A DNA stretch of 64,000 bases, taken from Perna viridis. Lineage: Eukaryota. Below, piece by piece: positions 24,701 to 39,700 of the stretch. Numbering within the stretch: position 1 is the stretch's first letter; each line of letters starts with the position of its first letter. The notes under the pieces were generated by a model. That model was not told where the DNA came from, ran no database searches, and saw nothing but the letters and a program-made list of their open reading frames with translations. The DNA is taken from positions 45,508,001-45,572,000 of the forward strand of contig CM074512.1 of NCBI GenBank assembly GCA_037379345.1, written 5' to 3'. Position numbers and translations under genes: made by a program.

Positions 24701-27700
24701 CCTTTGTTTTATGAATTTGCTGTTTTACTTGCTGTATTTCTTAAGTCGATATAAAATTTAAATTGATCATTTTAGAACTCTATTATGGGAGGCTTAGTTT
24801 TGTTATTAAAAATTTTGTTGCTGAAATGTCTTGGTGGTATGAAAAGTTTGATTATAGAAAAAAAAACAGGTCGTGATTCTTCATTATAGGAGAATAAAGC
24901 ACTTACACTACATGGTGTATAAGACTCTGCATGTATGGAAGTATCCTCAACAAGGTTGGTTAGAGCTTCACATAATGAAAAAAATGGCTTTCAACCCTTA
25001 TCAAATCCTAGAAACTGTGCAGTCCATTAATTGGAAAACAAAACTAAAGATAGTACTATATCGAAATCTATGTAAATTGTATATCTTTTCATTTTTTAGG
25101 GCAAAGACAGCTGGTAAGGACAGTACTGCTCCTTTCTTCCCTGTAGAGACATTGAAACAGTATGTGATGTCTGGTCTCAGGGATGCTGTCATCAAAGGAG
25201 CTGCACACATAAGAGATCCTATAGGAGGAAGTAGTGCAAATTTGTTTGTGTGAGTATTTTTTTTTATTATTATCTCCCTTTTGTTTAAGTTCAGCCTGTG
25301 TCCAGTTTTGATCAGCTTTGTAGAATTATGACGATGGTTTCTGATTTGGGTACCATCTAAATAATCTGATAATTACATTTATCATTTTAAATACTTCAAT
25401 ATAGACTTATTAACCAAAGTAGACCTACCTTTTACTTCTATGTGCAGTTGTGATGACTCTTAGTTCTAGTTTAGATTGACGAGAGTTGAAAAGTTCAACT
25501 GTAAATTAAAAATTTTAAATTTCCTTACAATTTTCTTCAGTATTTCCATGTTCATGTTTTTTTTTCAGTCCATTACTGAAAGTGTGTGACAGTCTGTTAG
25601 TGATGGGACAATTCAATGATGATGATTTACTGAAGTTACTTACTCTGATCAATCCACAGGCATTTGATGTTGGAAGCCTATCTGGTAAGTCAGGGCCTTA
25701 ATTAGAGGATTAATCCCAATTTTTCAGGTTTATTTTCTTGCTTACTATGATTCTTTACATCTGCCTTTCAATGCTGTTGCTTTTTAGCTCTATTGAAACA
25801 CAGTTAAACCCTACTCTGGCTTATATAGTGTATTAGACTAATATAATCTAAAATATTTTGAAATTTATTTTGTAGCAAATTGAAGGTTTTTGTAAACAAA
25901 CTTCATTACAATAATCTGTAGAACTTCTAATTTTATGGTCATGTATCATCACAAACATATTATCATTAAACCACAATACTTATATTATTTACAAGATAAA
26001 GCATTAAAAACACTATAATAATTTAAACTTCTGTAATTAAAGATAGTAAAGTGGGCCTACTACAGATGAAATTAGATGATGCTGTAAAATTGGAGGTAAA
26101 TAAAGTATAGTTTTATTGAAGCACTATTTACTACTGACAAAGCATGAGATAAGCAGTGGGTGCATCTTTAAAAACTGGGTATTCATACCCCTTCTATTGC
26201 CCTCAGACGGATGGATGGAATGTTTAATGTTCTCTTATATAAGCTGTTTGTAGAATGTTCATCTAGGTGGAAGAAGGCTTCTTATCCATGTCCATTGTTT
26301 TTAAATTCTTTGGATTAAGAATTATACTGAAAAAGGTGGGACTGATGTATTGTGTGACTGAATTAAAGTGTTCATTGCTTCCTTACTTTGATTTCGTAAT
26401 TAGTAAAATCAATACGATTGCTTGTATTTTGCATTTTGTAGTAATAAAAGAAGCAATGTGCAAAATTACAAAGAAAAAAAAAACATTTAGGTATCAAGTA
26501 GGGTCTATGTCAGATCTGATCAAGAACATAATCTATATATATTTAGTTGAAGAATAGGAAGTTAACTTAATATGCATACTTTTGGGTGTTAGAATAAACT
26601 TACCTGTTTGTTTTTAGGTGTGTCACATCTTACAGCATTTATGTGACTTACAGCTGAGACACAGGGTGGAATCAATTATTGCCTTCTCTGACAACTTTGT
26701 ATATGCTTGCCAAAGTGTGAGTAGCTTTTAATCATGTCATAGGTATTCAGTAGGTATCAGTGTCACATTACTATTGTAAAAGTATTAGTTTTGACGGTAT
26801 ACTAATTTTTGCAGAGAAATTGATTTTTAACACTGAATAACCCTTGTAATTTTTTTTAACCACGGAAATTGATTCCCCTAATATGTTCACTTGACAGAAT
26901 ATGCTAAAATTAGCAACCACAACAATTATTACTTACTTTATAAAGTTTAGCCATGTATTAAAATGTTACAAATGAGGCACATTTACATGTACTTACCATT
27001 AAAACAGAAACATATCTGAAGAAAGTTTATAAAGCACTATAGAATTTGTTACTACTCTATTGTTTAATAGGACCAAGCCTCCTCATTCAGAAAGAGAACT
27101 CGTTAAGATGACATTTTTTTTTCACATAGGACCAGAAGAAGAGATACAATGACATTAAACAGGCTGACCTCCCCTCTTCCGTCACGGCCAGAATGACCAG
27201 AGAATTCAGATGTCCTCCACATGAACAGGTATGTTATAATAATAATAACAAAAGCTATGTCCTTGTGTTTCTATACATGGTAACAGGGGCGGATCCAGGG
27301 TTTGAGTTAAGGGGGGGGGGTGTTAATTGAATTAAATGCAGTGCAAAGCCAAGCAAAAAATTTTATGGGGTGAAACTAGTGGTGAAATTTTTTTTCTTAC
27401 CGATTTAGGGGGCGTACACCTGGTACGCCAGTCCTTGGATCTGCATTTGGGTAAGTGCCTACTTGTATATCAGTTCACATGGGTTTCTGTTGTTAATGAA
27501 GAATTTCTATTGAGTTAAGTTTACTTAAACTAGAGTTATAGTGCATATGATAAACACTGAAATATGACATGAAGGTTATTTCTATCATTCATTTTTGTGA
27601 AATTTACCAGGACTTCATTAGGCAATGGAAGTATTACTATAGATTTTCAATCTTAACTTTTTCATGAACAAGCAAGTTGTAGTTAAGTTAAAAATATTGT

Positions 27701-30700
27701 TGTAGAAAATAGAGGAAGTATGTTGGGATCAAATTACAATGAATTTTCTGGACATTTTCATCCTGTATTTTGAAGTTTTTCTTCTTAACCCTTTCTAGAT
27801 GAGGAACCTGTTGATATTTAAATCTGCTGAGGAGGATGAGAATGGCCTACCATGCCCAAGTGGGCAACCAATCAGAGACATGATTTGGAACTTCCATAAT
27901 CAGCTGTTACAGCATTGTTCCATGCCCACGCAGCCTGAAACAGAGGAGAAGACAGAGCTTGAGGTGAAAGAGGAACCACCCACTCCCTCTGTAGGGGAGA
28001 AACTAATGCAACTAGTATTGAGGAAGAAAGAGGAGGAGTCTACTGATAGCAATAAACCAGAAGAGAAATTGATAGGTTTGTAGTTTCTTTAAAAATAAAA
28101 AAGTATGAACTTTTAGTTGAGAGCTTATTTTTTAGCTGGTTTAGGTTAAAGCTATATTATGTAACTGCTTTCAACAATACTGATAAGGAATTTACCCCAT
28201 ATTTGAAGGTGAGCTATTTCTCAAATACATGTAATAAACTCAATGATTATGTTTTTTATAGACAATCTTCAGAAACTGATACAGAAAACCATGACAGATT
28301 GGGCCATGGAAGATTTCATTGTCAATCAGGACTTGGTCAGGGAAATGTTTAGTCTACTGTACAGACAGTATGATGGCATTGGTGAGGTAAGTCGAAAACG
28401 TAGAAATAACAAGGATGTACTTGAAATTAAATGTAAGTTATGCTGTTCCTTGACTAACATAATTAGTACACTAATGTTATTTGTTATTTACACATGTTGA
28501 AGGTTGGAAAGGAGAGAGAAATAAGTCATGATATAAAACTTTTAACAAGAGAAAATGATTTTATGCTTTTTAGCTCACCTGGCCATAGGCCATGTTAGCT
28601 ATTGCCATCACTTGGCTTCTGTTGTTTTGTTGTCATGGTCATCATCTGTTATCATCGTTAACAATTTTTCAAAACTCTTCTTTTCTGAAACCACTGGACC
28701 AATAAGAACCAAACTTGATATAAATGTTCCTTGGGTTACTGCATAAAACTGATGTTGGGATTTTTAACGTTGGAAGAGTTGTTTTACAAAATTCAATACT
28801 TGTAAGTTTGATGATCTTTTCCAGCTTCTATCAGCCCTTGATAAAGCTTATGTGATCAGTAATGCCAGTAAGGACGACATCAACATACTACTGAGAGCTC
28901 TTGGCAACATTAGATCCTTGTTACTGGTGCAGGCAGGTAGAGACGAAGAGGAACTCATGAAAAACAGTCTTAAGTAAGTTTAGTTACTAACTTTATTTTA
29001 TACACGTTTGTACATTATGATTTTGTCACTGATTTCTGTATTAAGACAGTGTTTTCCAACTTGTCTGCCAAATCCTAAAGTTACTGTAATTTTTTTTAAA
29101 GTATTTAAAAAAAACTTACATTGGTCCAAATTTAAAATTGGTTTAATAAGTTTAGGAATAAGTTGAAAGCAAAATAGAACTCATCCTTTTGGCAACATAA
29201 AGCAAGAAGTCATTTATAGCAGTGTGAAAGAAGAATGCATAATTGATTAAACAAGCAAGAAGTTATTTATAGCAGTGTGAAAAAAGAATGCATAATTGAT
29301 TAAACAAGCAAGAAGTTATTTATAGCAGTGTGAAAGAAGAATGCATAATTGATTAAACAAACTAAACTTATCTTAAAAATGTTATACAGTTTTCTGACAT
29401 ACATGAAGACTCAGGACTGAATTTTAGAATTTTGATTGACTTCATGTGCAGACAGATACATGTATGTATAGAATAAAATCTGTGTCCTGTAATCTTGCTC
29501 TTTGTAATTATAGAGAGTTAATGGATAACAAAGTATTTTTCCAACATCCAGACCTGATGAGGGCATTATGTGTACATGAGACTGTCATGCAGTTAATGGT
29601 CAACACTCTTAACAAAGCACAACAACAACAACAGTCCACAACTTCTGGCATGCCAGAAGTAACTCAAGGTCGAAGGAGTTCCATTACAAGGAGAGGTTCA
29701 TTCCAACAACAACAAAGGAGAGGCTCATTTGCTCTCCAACAAGCTGAACAATCAAAGGTAGGGGACATATATTGAGATAAATTTATTTTTCAGTTTTTGA
29801 TATTTTAATTTATAGTTTGTCATACATATACTGTGATTTTTTGGAATGCATGTGAATTTAACATCATTAACAAGTCCTGATACTTTGAAAACCTTTGGTT
29901 AAGGAAATTTGGATGGGTTGTAAAATAATTGCAATTTTTTTTATATATAGTTTTAGTATATTTTGTGTTACATTCAATGCTTTTTTTCATCTTGGCATTG
30001 AGTAGTGTCATCATTTAGGCATTATATACCATTTCAACAGCACATTTTCCATCCAATTGTTGCACATCATGCATGAAAGGTTTGTAAGGGTTTAACTACT
30101 AACACAAGTAGATTAGTGAACAGTTTTGTAGGTAAAACATCTGAATTATTGAAATGAAGGTATCAGTCTACTCTTTTTTATATGCTTGTCTGCCTAGATG
30201 GGATGTATTATGGTATACTTGTGTCTGTCCATCTGTCTGTCAATCTTTCTCACTTCCCACAATTACTCAAAAATGCTGCCACAAATTTTTTTTAAGCTCT
30301 GATAAATTGATTCTTTCTATTGATGTGTACTCCCTTCAGTCTTTATAAATTACTACTTTTTTGTTTTTGAGATATGGGACTCAGTACAAAAATTGATTTT
30401 ATGTTTTTCAACTGTAACTTTTCGGGTGTATCTAGCTGCTCTTTGCTGAACATTTTATTTTTGATTTTTGCAAAGTTAACAAATTTTACAAACTTTAATG
30501 GATTCTTTATAATAATAATTTAAAAACAATAAATTATGATTCTTATAAAAAATCTTAATTCCGTGAAGTATGAAAATTCAGATGTTTTATTTTTCTACCA
30601 CAGCTTTTTAATGAATAGTCTTTGTGTTGGGGTAATATGCACCCAAGAATTCTTTTTTCTTGCACAAAAGCTTACAATTCAGGAGATGAAGAAAGCATTT

Positions 30701-33700
30701 TGGGTAAGTTTTTCCGTAACCCTCAATCTCTGTTGTATTTAGAAATTTTCATTGTACTATCGAATAATCACAATAAAACAATCACTTTGTATTTGATCTA
30801 TTTAATACTAGAAATCAGAAGCACAATTCCGAAAACTTCAATATCACTGTTGAATTTTCACTCACTGAGCTTTTTCTTTCTTGAAATCTCAGATAAACCA
30901 TTACTGGTGGTTTGAACATGTATCTATCTCTTGTTTCAGCAAATCCTATCTATAAATTCTATATGCTGGAATGTTTTGTGTGACAAATTGCTTGCATCTT
31001 GTTCTTAACTGCATGTTAACAGTTTCTTCAGCCTCCCTAAAAAAGTGGGTGGGTTCTGCTACATTCTTATTCCTGTACGCAGTATAATACTATTTGTACA
31101 AGATATTTAACTTTCTCAATCAAATTCTACTTATTTAAGCTGTGTATTTATTTTCATGAATTTCATAATAAATTGATTCATGATAATAAATACAAGTACA
31201 GAATATTTCTCCCTGATTTTATTTCAGATGTTTATACGATTATTGTAAGCCACCCTTACGACTGAGATGGATTATATATTTGAAATCAGATTTATCATTC
31301 AAACTTGTGTTAGTAACCACCTTTATTCAGAAATTACCTGTCATAAAATATTATGATAAAAATATCTCTATGGAGTGCATCCTGTGTATGAAGACCACCT
31401 GTCTTATGTGACCATGATTTCCCTCCTCCCCCCATTTGAAAGATTATTTAAGACATGTTTGGTTGTAAATATTACAAGGCTGCCTTTAATATTAATGTAA
31501 ATTTAATTACAGGATGCTGCAGCTGAGATGGTTGTAATGTGTTGTCGATTCTTGTGTTACTTCTGTCGTACCAGTAGACAAAACCAAAGAGCCATGTTTG
31601 AACATCTTAGCTATTTATTAGAAAACAGTAGCATGTTGCTTGGTAAGTTAAAAAACTAATTAGTCTTAATTGATAGAAAAGTTGGTGAAAGCCAGTCTGT
31701 GAAGCTAAAGAAGGATTACTTCCTTAATAGATGGCTTAGACCCTTTTTTTTCTAGTCTACCTTACTAGGGTTTGTTTGATTTATCAAATGTTCTTGTCTT
31801 CAAATGCATGAAATGTTATTCCACAAACAATCATGTTTTTTGGAAGAGCAGTATTGACAAGTGTAAACTACATAGTCTAGACTTAAAAAAAACCAATATT
31901 TCTGTGTAATTAAAGAGGTAGACCTAGGATAAGGGACATAACTCTTGAAATTAGTGATATGTTTGTGTTGTATTCAATTTCACCAAAGCCTTTGGAATAG
32001 AATGAAATCAGTCAAAATTTCTTTAATGCTTACATGAGATTGATGTAAAATGCTGAATACAAATGTGATTTGTAAGAGTTGTGTTCCTTACCCTAGGTCT
32101 GCCTCCTTAAATGCCATAAAAAAAGGATGATTTTACTACATGTAATATTTATCATCTGTTTTTATAGCTCGTCCATCTCTTAGAGGTTCTTGTCCACTTG
32201 ATGTTGCCTATTCCTCCCTTATGGATAACAATGAACTTGCCCTGGCCTTGAGAGAGGCTAACTTGGAGAAGATAGCTATTTACTTGTCTCGGTGTGGTCT
32301 ACAAAGCAATGCTGAGCTCCTGGAGAAGGGTTATCCTGATATTGGTTGGGATCCAGTAGAAGGAGAGAGGTTCTTAGACTTCCTTAGATTCTGTGTCTGG
32401 GTCAATGGTAAGTAGTAAAGATGGTAGTTCAATGCTTAGCTTAAGTTTCTGTTTATTAGGTTTCCTAAGGTTCTTTGTCTGTTTTGGAAATTTTGTTATG
32501 TAAATAGAATAATAAATTACATGCACGTACCATTTAAAAGCAAATTTGTTTGAAACACTCTTTTATTTCTCCAGGAGAAAGTGTTGAAGAGAATGCTAAC
32601 TTGGTTGTTCGCCTCCTGATTAGAAGACCAGAATGTCTAGGTCCTGCTCTGAGAGGAGAAGGAGGTGGTCTTTTTAAAGCTGTCAAAGATGGAATCAAAA
32701 TGTCACACCAGATCATCACAGCTAGAGATGGTAACTCTGCCCACTTTCTGTCAGCCATGATGGATGATGATTCTGATGGAAGATACTTGTACCAAAGGTA
32801 GGGTATTATATAGCTGCAGACTAGGCACTTTGATGGGAATTACATTGAGGCAATATGAAATGCAACTAAGGATAAAATTAAAACATAAGACCAAAATGAA
32901 CAGCTATACTAATGTTTTTTTTCTTTTACCAATTAAATCATCAAATTAAAAGGTAATGTTGCAGGATGACATACCTGCATTAAATGGATAATAGATTTAA
33001 ATATAGTAAATTGACTTGAATGTTTGAAGCATGTATGTATTTGTGTTTTAGCAAATATGATTTCAACACCTTGCCATCTGAAGATGATGAGGACTATATA
33101 GATATGGGTGGTGCTATTCTGAACTTCTACGCTGGACTTGTAGACCTATTGGGAAGATGTGCTCCTGATGCAGAGACTATTAAATCAGGTAGAAGTGACT
33201 CTATCAGAGCTAGAGCTATTCTGAGAAGTTTGGTGTCTATGGAGGATCTGGAGAAGGTCCTAGGACTGACTTTCATTCTACCAGCTGGACCTGCTATGTC
33301 TGCAGAAAGTAAGTTATTGGAGAATGGAAAAGTAAACTCTAAATTGAATGAGGCCACATGTAGTGTTACTTTGCTTTTTATGAGCAACTCGGCAGGTGTT
33401 TCTAGAAAAACAGAGGATGCTTACTCTACCGGTGCACCTTGTCCATGCTCCCAGTTTGTAGTGGAGTCTAAGTTGCTCATTTACTTTTGTTACTTTGTAT
33501 GTATTATTTTGGATATTTTATGTACATTTGTGTTCGTCTGTTTTCCATGTCTGGTCTTTGTCTCTGGATTACATTCTTTTGATTTCCATTAGAAACTTGG
33601 TTTCCTTGATTACTCTTTCATTTATAATGTCTGGTTTCAGCAAACATTTTAAGATAGTCTAGCTAAAATCTCACCTGCTGTTAGCTACATAGTATAGAAT

Positions 33701-36700
33701 AAGACTGGATTTTGCAGACAGTAAAAAACGAAAATCCATTAAAAAATATAGCATTCCTTTAATCCCTTTTGCAATTTCACATTTGTCAAATAGTCAATAA
33801 AATATGTTAATATTCTTCAGCTGAGAGTCAAGAAGGAGAAGAGGGTGGGGCACCAGAATCTGACATGCCTCCAGGTCTCAATCCCGCCCACAAATCATCT
33901 GTTATGTTGTTCCTGGAAAGAGTTTATGGTATTCCTGATCAGGCAACATTCTTCAGAATTCTAGAGGAAGGGGTACTGCCTGATCTCAGGGCAGCCACTA
34001 CTCTAGATACCGTAAGTAAAGTAGGTAGTCTATTTTCTTTCTAAGCTTGTGGCCGAGTGAACCTTGTTTCTGTTAACTACCACAGATCAAGTGAGTCATA
34101 GTATGTATGCACAGATCTTGTAATCACTCAATTTTGTCAATTAGGCCGTTCAAAGTTAATTTTTCGGTTCTTCAAACCATTTTTCATCTAAAGAAATGAG
34201 GAAGGAAGTCTTTTCACATTTTTATAACTGAAAAGGAGGGAATGAGGGTCCTTTTTACATTGTTCACAGGCATAAAATGATGGGCGATGTTCTTTTTTGC
34301 AGTTTTCTTCTTTTTTTATATGGAAATAAAAATAAGCCATCCTCAGTGGCAGTGAGGGAGTAAAGAGGACCAAGAAATTCATTTTAGTTGGCCTAACTGT
34401 AAATTTTTTACCTTAATGATCATTCTTATTATGTGAAATGTTGTTTTTAAAGTCAGTTGTGAATTCTTTTTAAATGAAAATGTTGTTTGAAGTCTAAAAG
34501 TGTAATTATTTATTTTTCCTAATAACAGAAAATAATATCTGAATCAAATTAAAATTGAGTGATTCCCCCCTTTTTTTTTTTCATGAAGAAGCTACCCTGT
34601 TTTAAATATTATCTTGTGTTAACTTTATTAATGTTTAAACCCATGCTGGTAGTATAACTCTAAACTAAGAGCTTCCCACACTTTAATTTTATTAATCTCA
34701 AATTTATAGCCACCACACCTTTTGAAATTTACCTACTTAAATCTAATTATTAATATTAAAGTTTGCATGTAACTTTAAGATGCTAGTAGCATAACTAATT
34801 GATATTAATGACAACCCAATTTTTCTTGTAATCAATTTCTATATATTATCTATCAAACATAAGAATAATCAAGGCTTATTTTTAAAGTTACTTTATCTAC
34901 TTTTTCACCTTATATGATCTTAAAATTACAATTTAAAAAAATCTTTAAATTTTTGGCAATTTCGTAGTGAGTTATCTCCCCTTTGTAGGCCTCGGCATCG
35001 GAAAGTGACTTTGCCCTAGCACTCAACAGATACATTGGGGGTTCAGTACTTCCTCTGTTGACCAGACACAGCTACTTCTTTGAGAATGCTGACCATGCTT
35101 CAACATTGCTAGACTCTACACTTAATACTGTATACAGGCTGTCCAAATGCAGGTCATTGACTAAAGGCCAGAGAGAGGCTGTATCTGATTTCTTGGTGTC
35201 ATTTACGAAGTAAGTTTCCTTTAAATACTAAAATTAATGGAGTTTTTGAATAAGTACTAAAAGGTAATGAAAATAAAAAAGTTTTCATTTTTAAATAAAA
35301 TGTGCAGGCAATGTGGATTTATGTTTAAAAAAAAATTATCTAAACTTTATGCCTTGAGAGAAATAATTACAGTTTTCAGTAGAGAGTTTGTGTTATAAAA
35401 GAAGTGGAAAAATGGTATATGCTGCCAGTTACATAAAACAACAACGTATATGTGTTTATATGGCCACTGGTAATAAAGAGACATTACCTGTCACTGGTGG
35501 AAACTTTGTGAAATTAAGATCATACCCTACAAGTTTTCAACACTGTGAAGAAATGTGTTCTTATCTTATTACTCCAATTTCAAGTTCTGACATCAAAGTA
35601 TTAAATTTCATAATTTGAAAAATTCTGAAATTCCGCTTGTAACAATACAGCAATCTTAATTTGAAAAAAATACATGGTACATACATGTTTGCATTTAATT
35701 ATGTACTATTGCAGCCAACTTCGACCACCAATGATGACAGGCCTGTTGAGGAAACTAACGGTGGATGTCCCTAATCTAAATGAGAATTCTGTTGTACCAT
35801 TACGTCTACTCACAGCCTACTACAAGAGATGTGGGTCATATTACAGCTCAGGGGGCTATGGATGTTACGGGTCAGCCACAGATGAAGAAAAGAGATTGAC
35901 CATGCTTCTGTTTACAGGAATATTTGACTCATTGTCAGGCAGAGTAAGTATTTTCTGTCATATTTGTACCAGTAGACTTTTTTTCGTTTTGCATGTTTTA
36001 TGGGTAAAACTAATAGTATTGGAGGTTTTCTTAATATTAAACATCTGTTATACATGCATATTGTATTTTACTCTAAAGTATGGAACTTACTTTGATTATA
36101 AAATGTACAAGTATTATACAAGTTACAAGAACACAATACGTGTTTTAATGATTGAATTTATTTGATTTGAAGGAATATGATCCAGAACTGTTTTCCAAGG
36201 CTCTTCCATGTCTGTCAGCCATTGGTTGTGCTCTGTCACCTGACTATTCACTAACCAAACAAGATGATAAGAGAGTTCTTGATGTAAAAGATGATTTAGA
36301 TGGTCCATATAACCCTCAGCCTCTGGATACGAGAGGGTACTCCATGAACCAGTCTCTAGAACAGGCTGTTGGAAGATTTTCTGAACATTTCCATGATGTT
36401 TGGGCACTCAAGAAGGTTAGAAAAAAATATATATATTGTTACACATATCAGTTAAAAGCTATATGGGTAAAACAGACTAAACAAACAGGAAAACTCCTAA
36501 TTTTCAAATATTTCTTCTTCATTGATAGTTACTCAATCTGAGATACATATATAGGGAAAGTGCTCATGAAGAAATGAAATCAGTGCCGTCTTTTAAAATG
36601 TCTTGGAAGTTTTCTTTAATATTGACAAAGTGAGTGTAGAATATGATAAGTTTCATTGTATCTGCAAAACTATTTTGACATGTGATTATGGTCTATTGAA

Positions 36701-39700
36701 GATTGACAGTGGTTGGATGTTTGGTACAGCTTATGACGATGATAGAATGTCACATCCATTACTGAAACCGTACCATCTGCTGGATGAAAAGGTATGATTA
36801 ATCAACTATAAAGGGTATTATAGATACAGTCATTAGCTTTGATTTAAGGAAGTAGACCTAGGGTAAGGGACACAACTCTTAAAAATCATTGGAATGTTTG
36901 TATTCAGCATTTTACATCAATCTTATGTAAACATCTAATTAACTTGGATTCATTTTATTCTGCTTCAAATGAAAGCTTGACAGCCTTTGGTGAAATTAAA
37001 TATGATACAAACATATCACTGACTTCAATTTTGTGTTTCTATGGAGTCTTATTTTCATTGATTTCATCAGTTTTTACTATATTTGGCAATTTAGTCATTT
37101 CTTATGTTCAGACTATTCTAAAGGATAATGGTTTGCTATACACATCAGCTTAAAGAATAAGTACTGATATCATAAGAAAAATATTCTGGTTTCTGTGACA
37201 ATAAAAAAAATGTTCCATAAATTTGTTTGATATTGTCATAATTTTTCATTAGGCCAAAAACAAGTACACTCAGCCAGCTAAAGAGAGTGTAAAAAGTATG
37301 TTGTACTGGGGCTGGGCTCTAGAACAGGACCAGCAGAGACAAGCAGCTAACAGGGATAGCATGAGGAGGAGAATGTCTAAAGATGGGGTAGGTTTAAAGA
37401 TTTATTTGTGGTCGGGAGGGGGTAAGATGTATAAAATGAACTGAGCTTTAACATATAACCATTCTTGATAGAACAATGGTGTCTGAATATGGAGTATGGG
37501 GTAAGATGTTAAAAACTGAGCTCATCCCTTGAATGTAAACAATTGGGATAGCACAAGTGGAAGAATGTCTGAAGATGTAGGTGGTATTAGAGCACACTTT
37601 AAACTGTTTAATTATCACAGCTTCACATTTGAAGTAGAAACCTTTTAACTTGTATTGTTATGTGAATCAAAGATTGAAATTTACATGCTGTTTATTTTTT
37701 AGGCAAGCCATGGATACAGCCCCAAACCATTCGACCTAAGAAATATGACCTTGACTAGAGAAATACAAGTATGAGTTTCTTCATGTCTATGTTGAAATTT
37801 AAGAAGTTGAAATATCATTTTATATTTCAAATCAATCTTAACAGGCAAAATATCATATTGTATTAATAACAGAGTTGTCTACCCTTTCGATTTTGGCATA
37901 AGGCTCATGATTTTTTTGGCCATCTTATGCCCTTTCAATGGTTGTCAAGTTCCTTACAGTATGGCAAGCTCTCAGAAAATTTTCGGATTCCCCAATTTTT
38001 TTTTGGTTCTGTTACCTTTATTTTTAATGTGACTGTAAATATTGTACCATTGATCATTTCCTGTTTGAAAAAAACCTATGTCAAATTGTAGTTTTGAAGA
38101 AAATACTGATGTTCCTGCCAAGAAAAATCCAACCAAGTGGTCACAAAAGTTTATGGTAAAATAAACATCCATTTTATGGGTGGTTTATGTTTATAAAATC
38201 AGCTATTTGTGACAAAATAAGAAACTTAACATTTTTTACCACAATTACTATTTTTTCAGGTGCACCTTACTTTTTTCATCAGAAAGGGGTAGGCAAGTCT
38301 GTAATAAAAATATTTAAAACAGCCTTATCAAAATTAAATCTTGTCATTCTTCTTAAGTCCATACATTGAAGCTTCTACATACGTATTATAAGGGAGTGAC
38401 TAAAATTTTTCATTTTAAATTGAAAATTAAAAATATAAATGACATAATTAACTGAGTTTGCAAACAATGCATTCTGCTCTGATGATGGCAGTCAAAACCA
38501 ACCAATAAGTTCAGTAGAACAAGCACCCACATAAAGATTGAAAGATTTTACTACAAAGCATAAAAAATGAAAATATCAAGTGTCAAAAATGAAAATTTCA
38601 GGTTAACTATATAGAAAAGGGAACTCTTCATTGGCCCCTGTTTGAATTAAAGCCCTATTGTAACCAAATTTGTATACTATTTTAAATGTAGTTGATATTC
38701 AACATTTCTTACATTATATAGAACATGGCAGAGAAGCTTGCCAAAGATTCACATGACACATGGGCTTGGAAGAAGAGAATGGAACTAGAGGAATTAGGTA
38801 TGAAAATAAGATATTTTGTCATACAACCACAAAAAGAAAAAAAAAACATTCTGTCATATATGGTTTAGCATTGTCAATGGCTTTTTCATTGTTGTAAAGG
38901 TTTTTCCCAATAAATTAGATATCTGTAGTCAGTAAAAAAACTATCACAAGGTTCCTTACTACAAGAAGAAAGATTTGAATGATATTGGAGATTGTTGTGC
39001 CCTAATAATTTCGAAAAGATTCATTTTGCCCTTGTAGTGGTAAGTTTTAATCCTCAGAATACAGTCAGAAAAGTATGAACCAGATTATGTATTGAATTTA
39101 TCTGTCATTGAAACCAGTAGGTTAAACTGAATTTTTATTTCATAGGAGGTGGAGTCCACCCTTTGACTGTCCCCTATGACACACTGACTGATAAGGAAAA
39201 GAAGAAATACAGAGACCATGCTACAGAATTACTCAAGTTCCTTCAGTTCCAGGGATTCAGAATCTCTAGGTAAGGTATCAATTAATGATCAATAATTAAA
39301 TGTCAGAAGTAACATGCTTTCTGATTGGATAAAAAAAAATGTCCATTATAGCATAGATCAAATTTTGTAATGTGACTGTGATATCATATACTTTTTTGCT
39401 GATTTATTCCTTAAATTATGATACAAAAATATATTATAAGGAATGACTCTTACATTTATTTTGGTCTGTTGAAATAACCTCAATACCTGTGGTGCACACT
39501 TAAAGGTTATCTAGTGTGCACCACATGCTTTAGGTTATTTCCTCACAGACAGAAAAAATATGACAGTCATTCCTTAAATGCGCTTGGTACCTTACTGAAA
39601 CATCTATTGTTTAGGAAATTTTTATAGTACAAAATAGTCTTATATATTCTTGCCTGTAAAATGGGATGCATTATACTATAACATTGTTTGTCCATCAGTC

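Noticed and set aside
33309-33592. Long read-through of ORF 33020-33592 beyond exon w41
   Set aside because: A strong donor at 33308 keeps frame with w42; the extension is intron plus an interspersed repeat.
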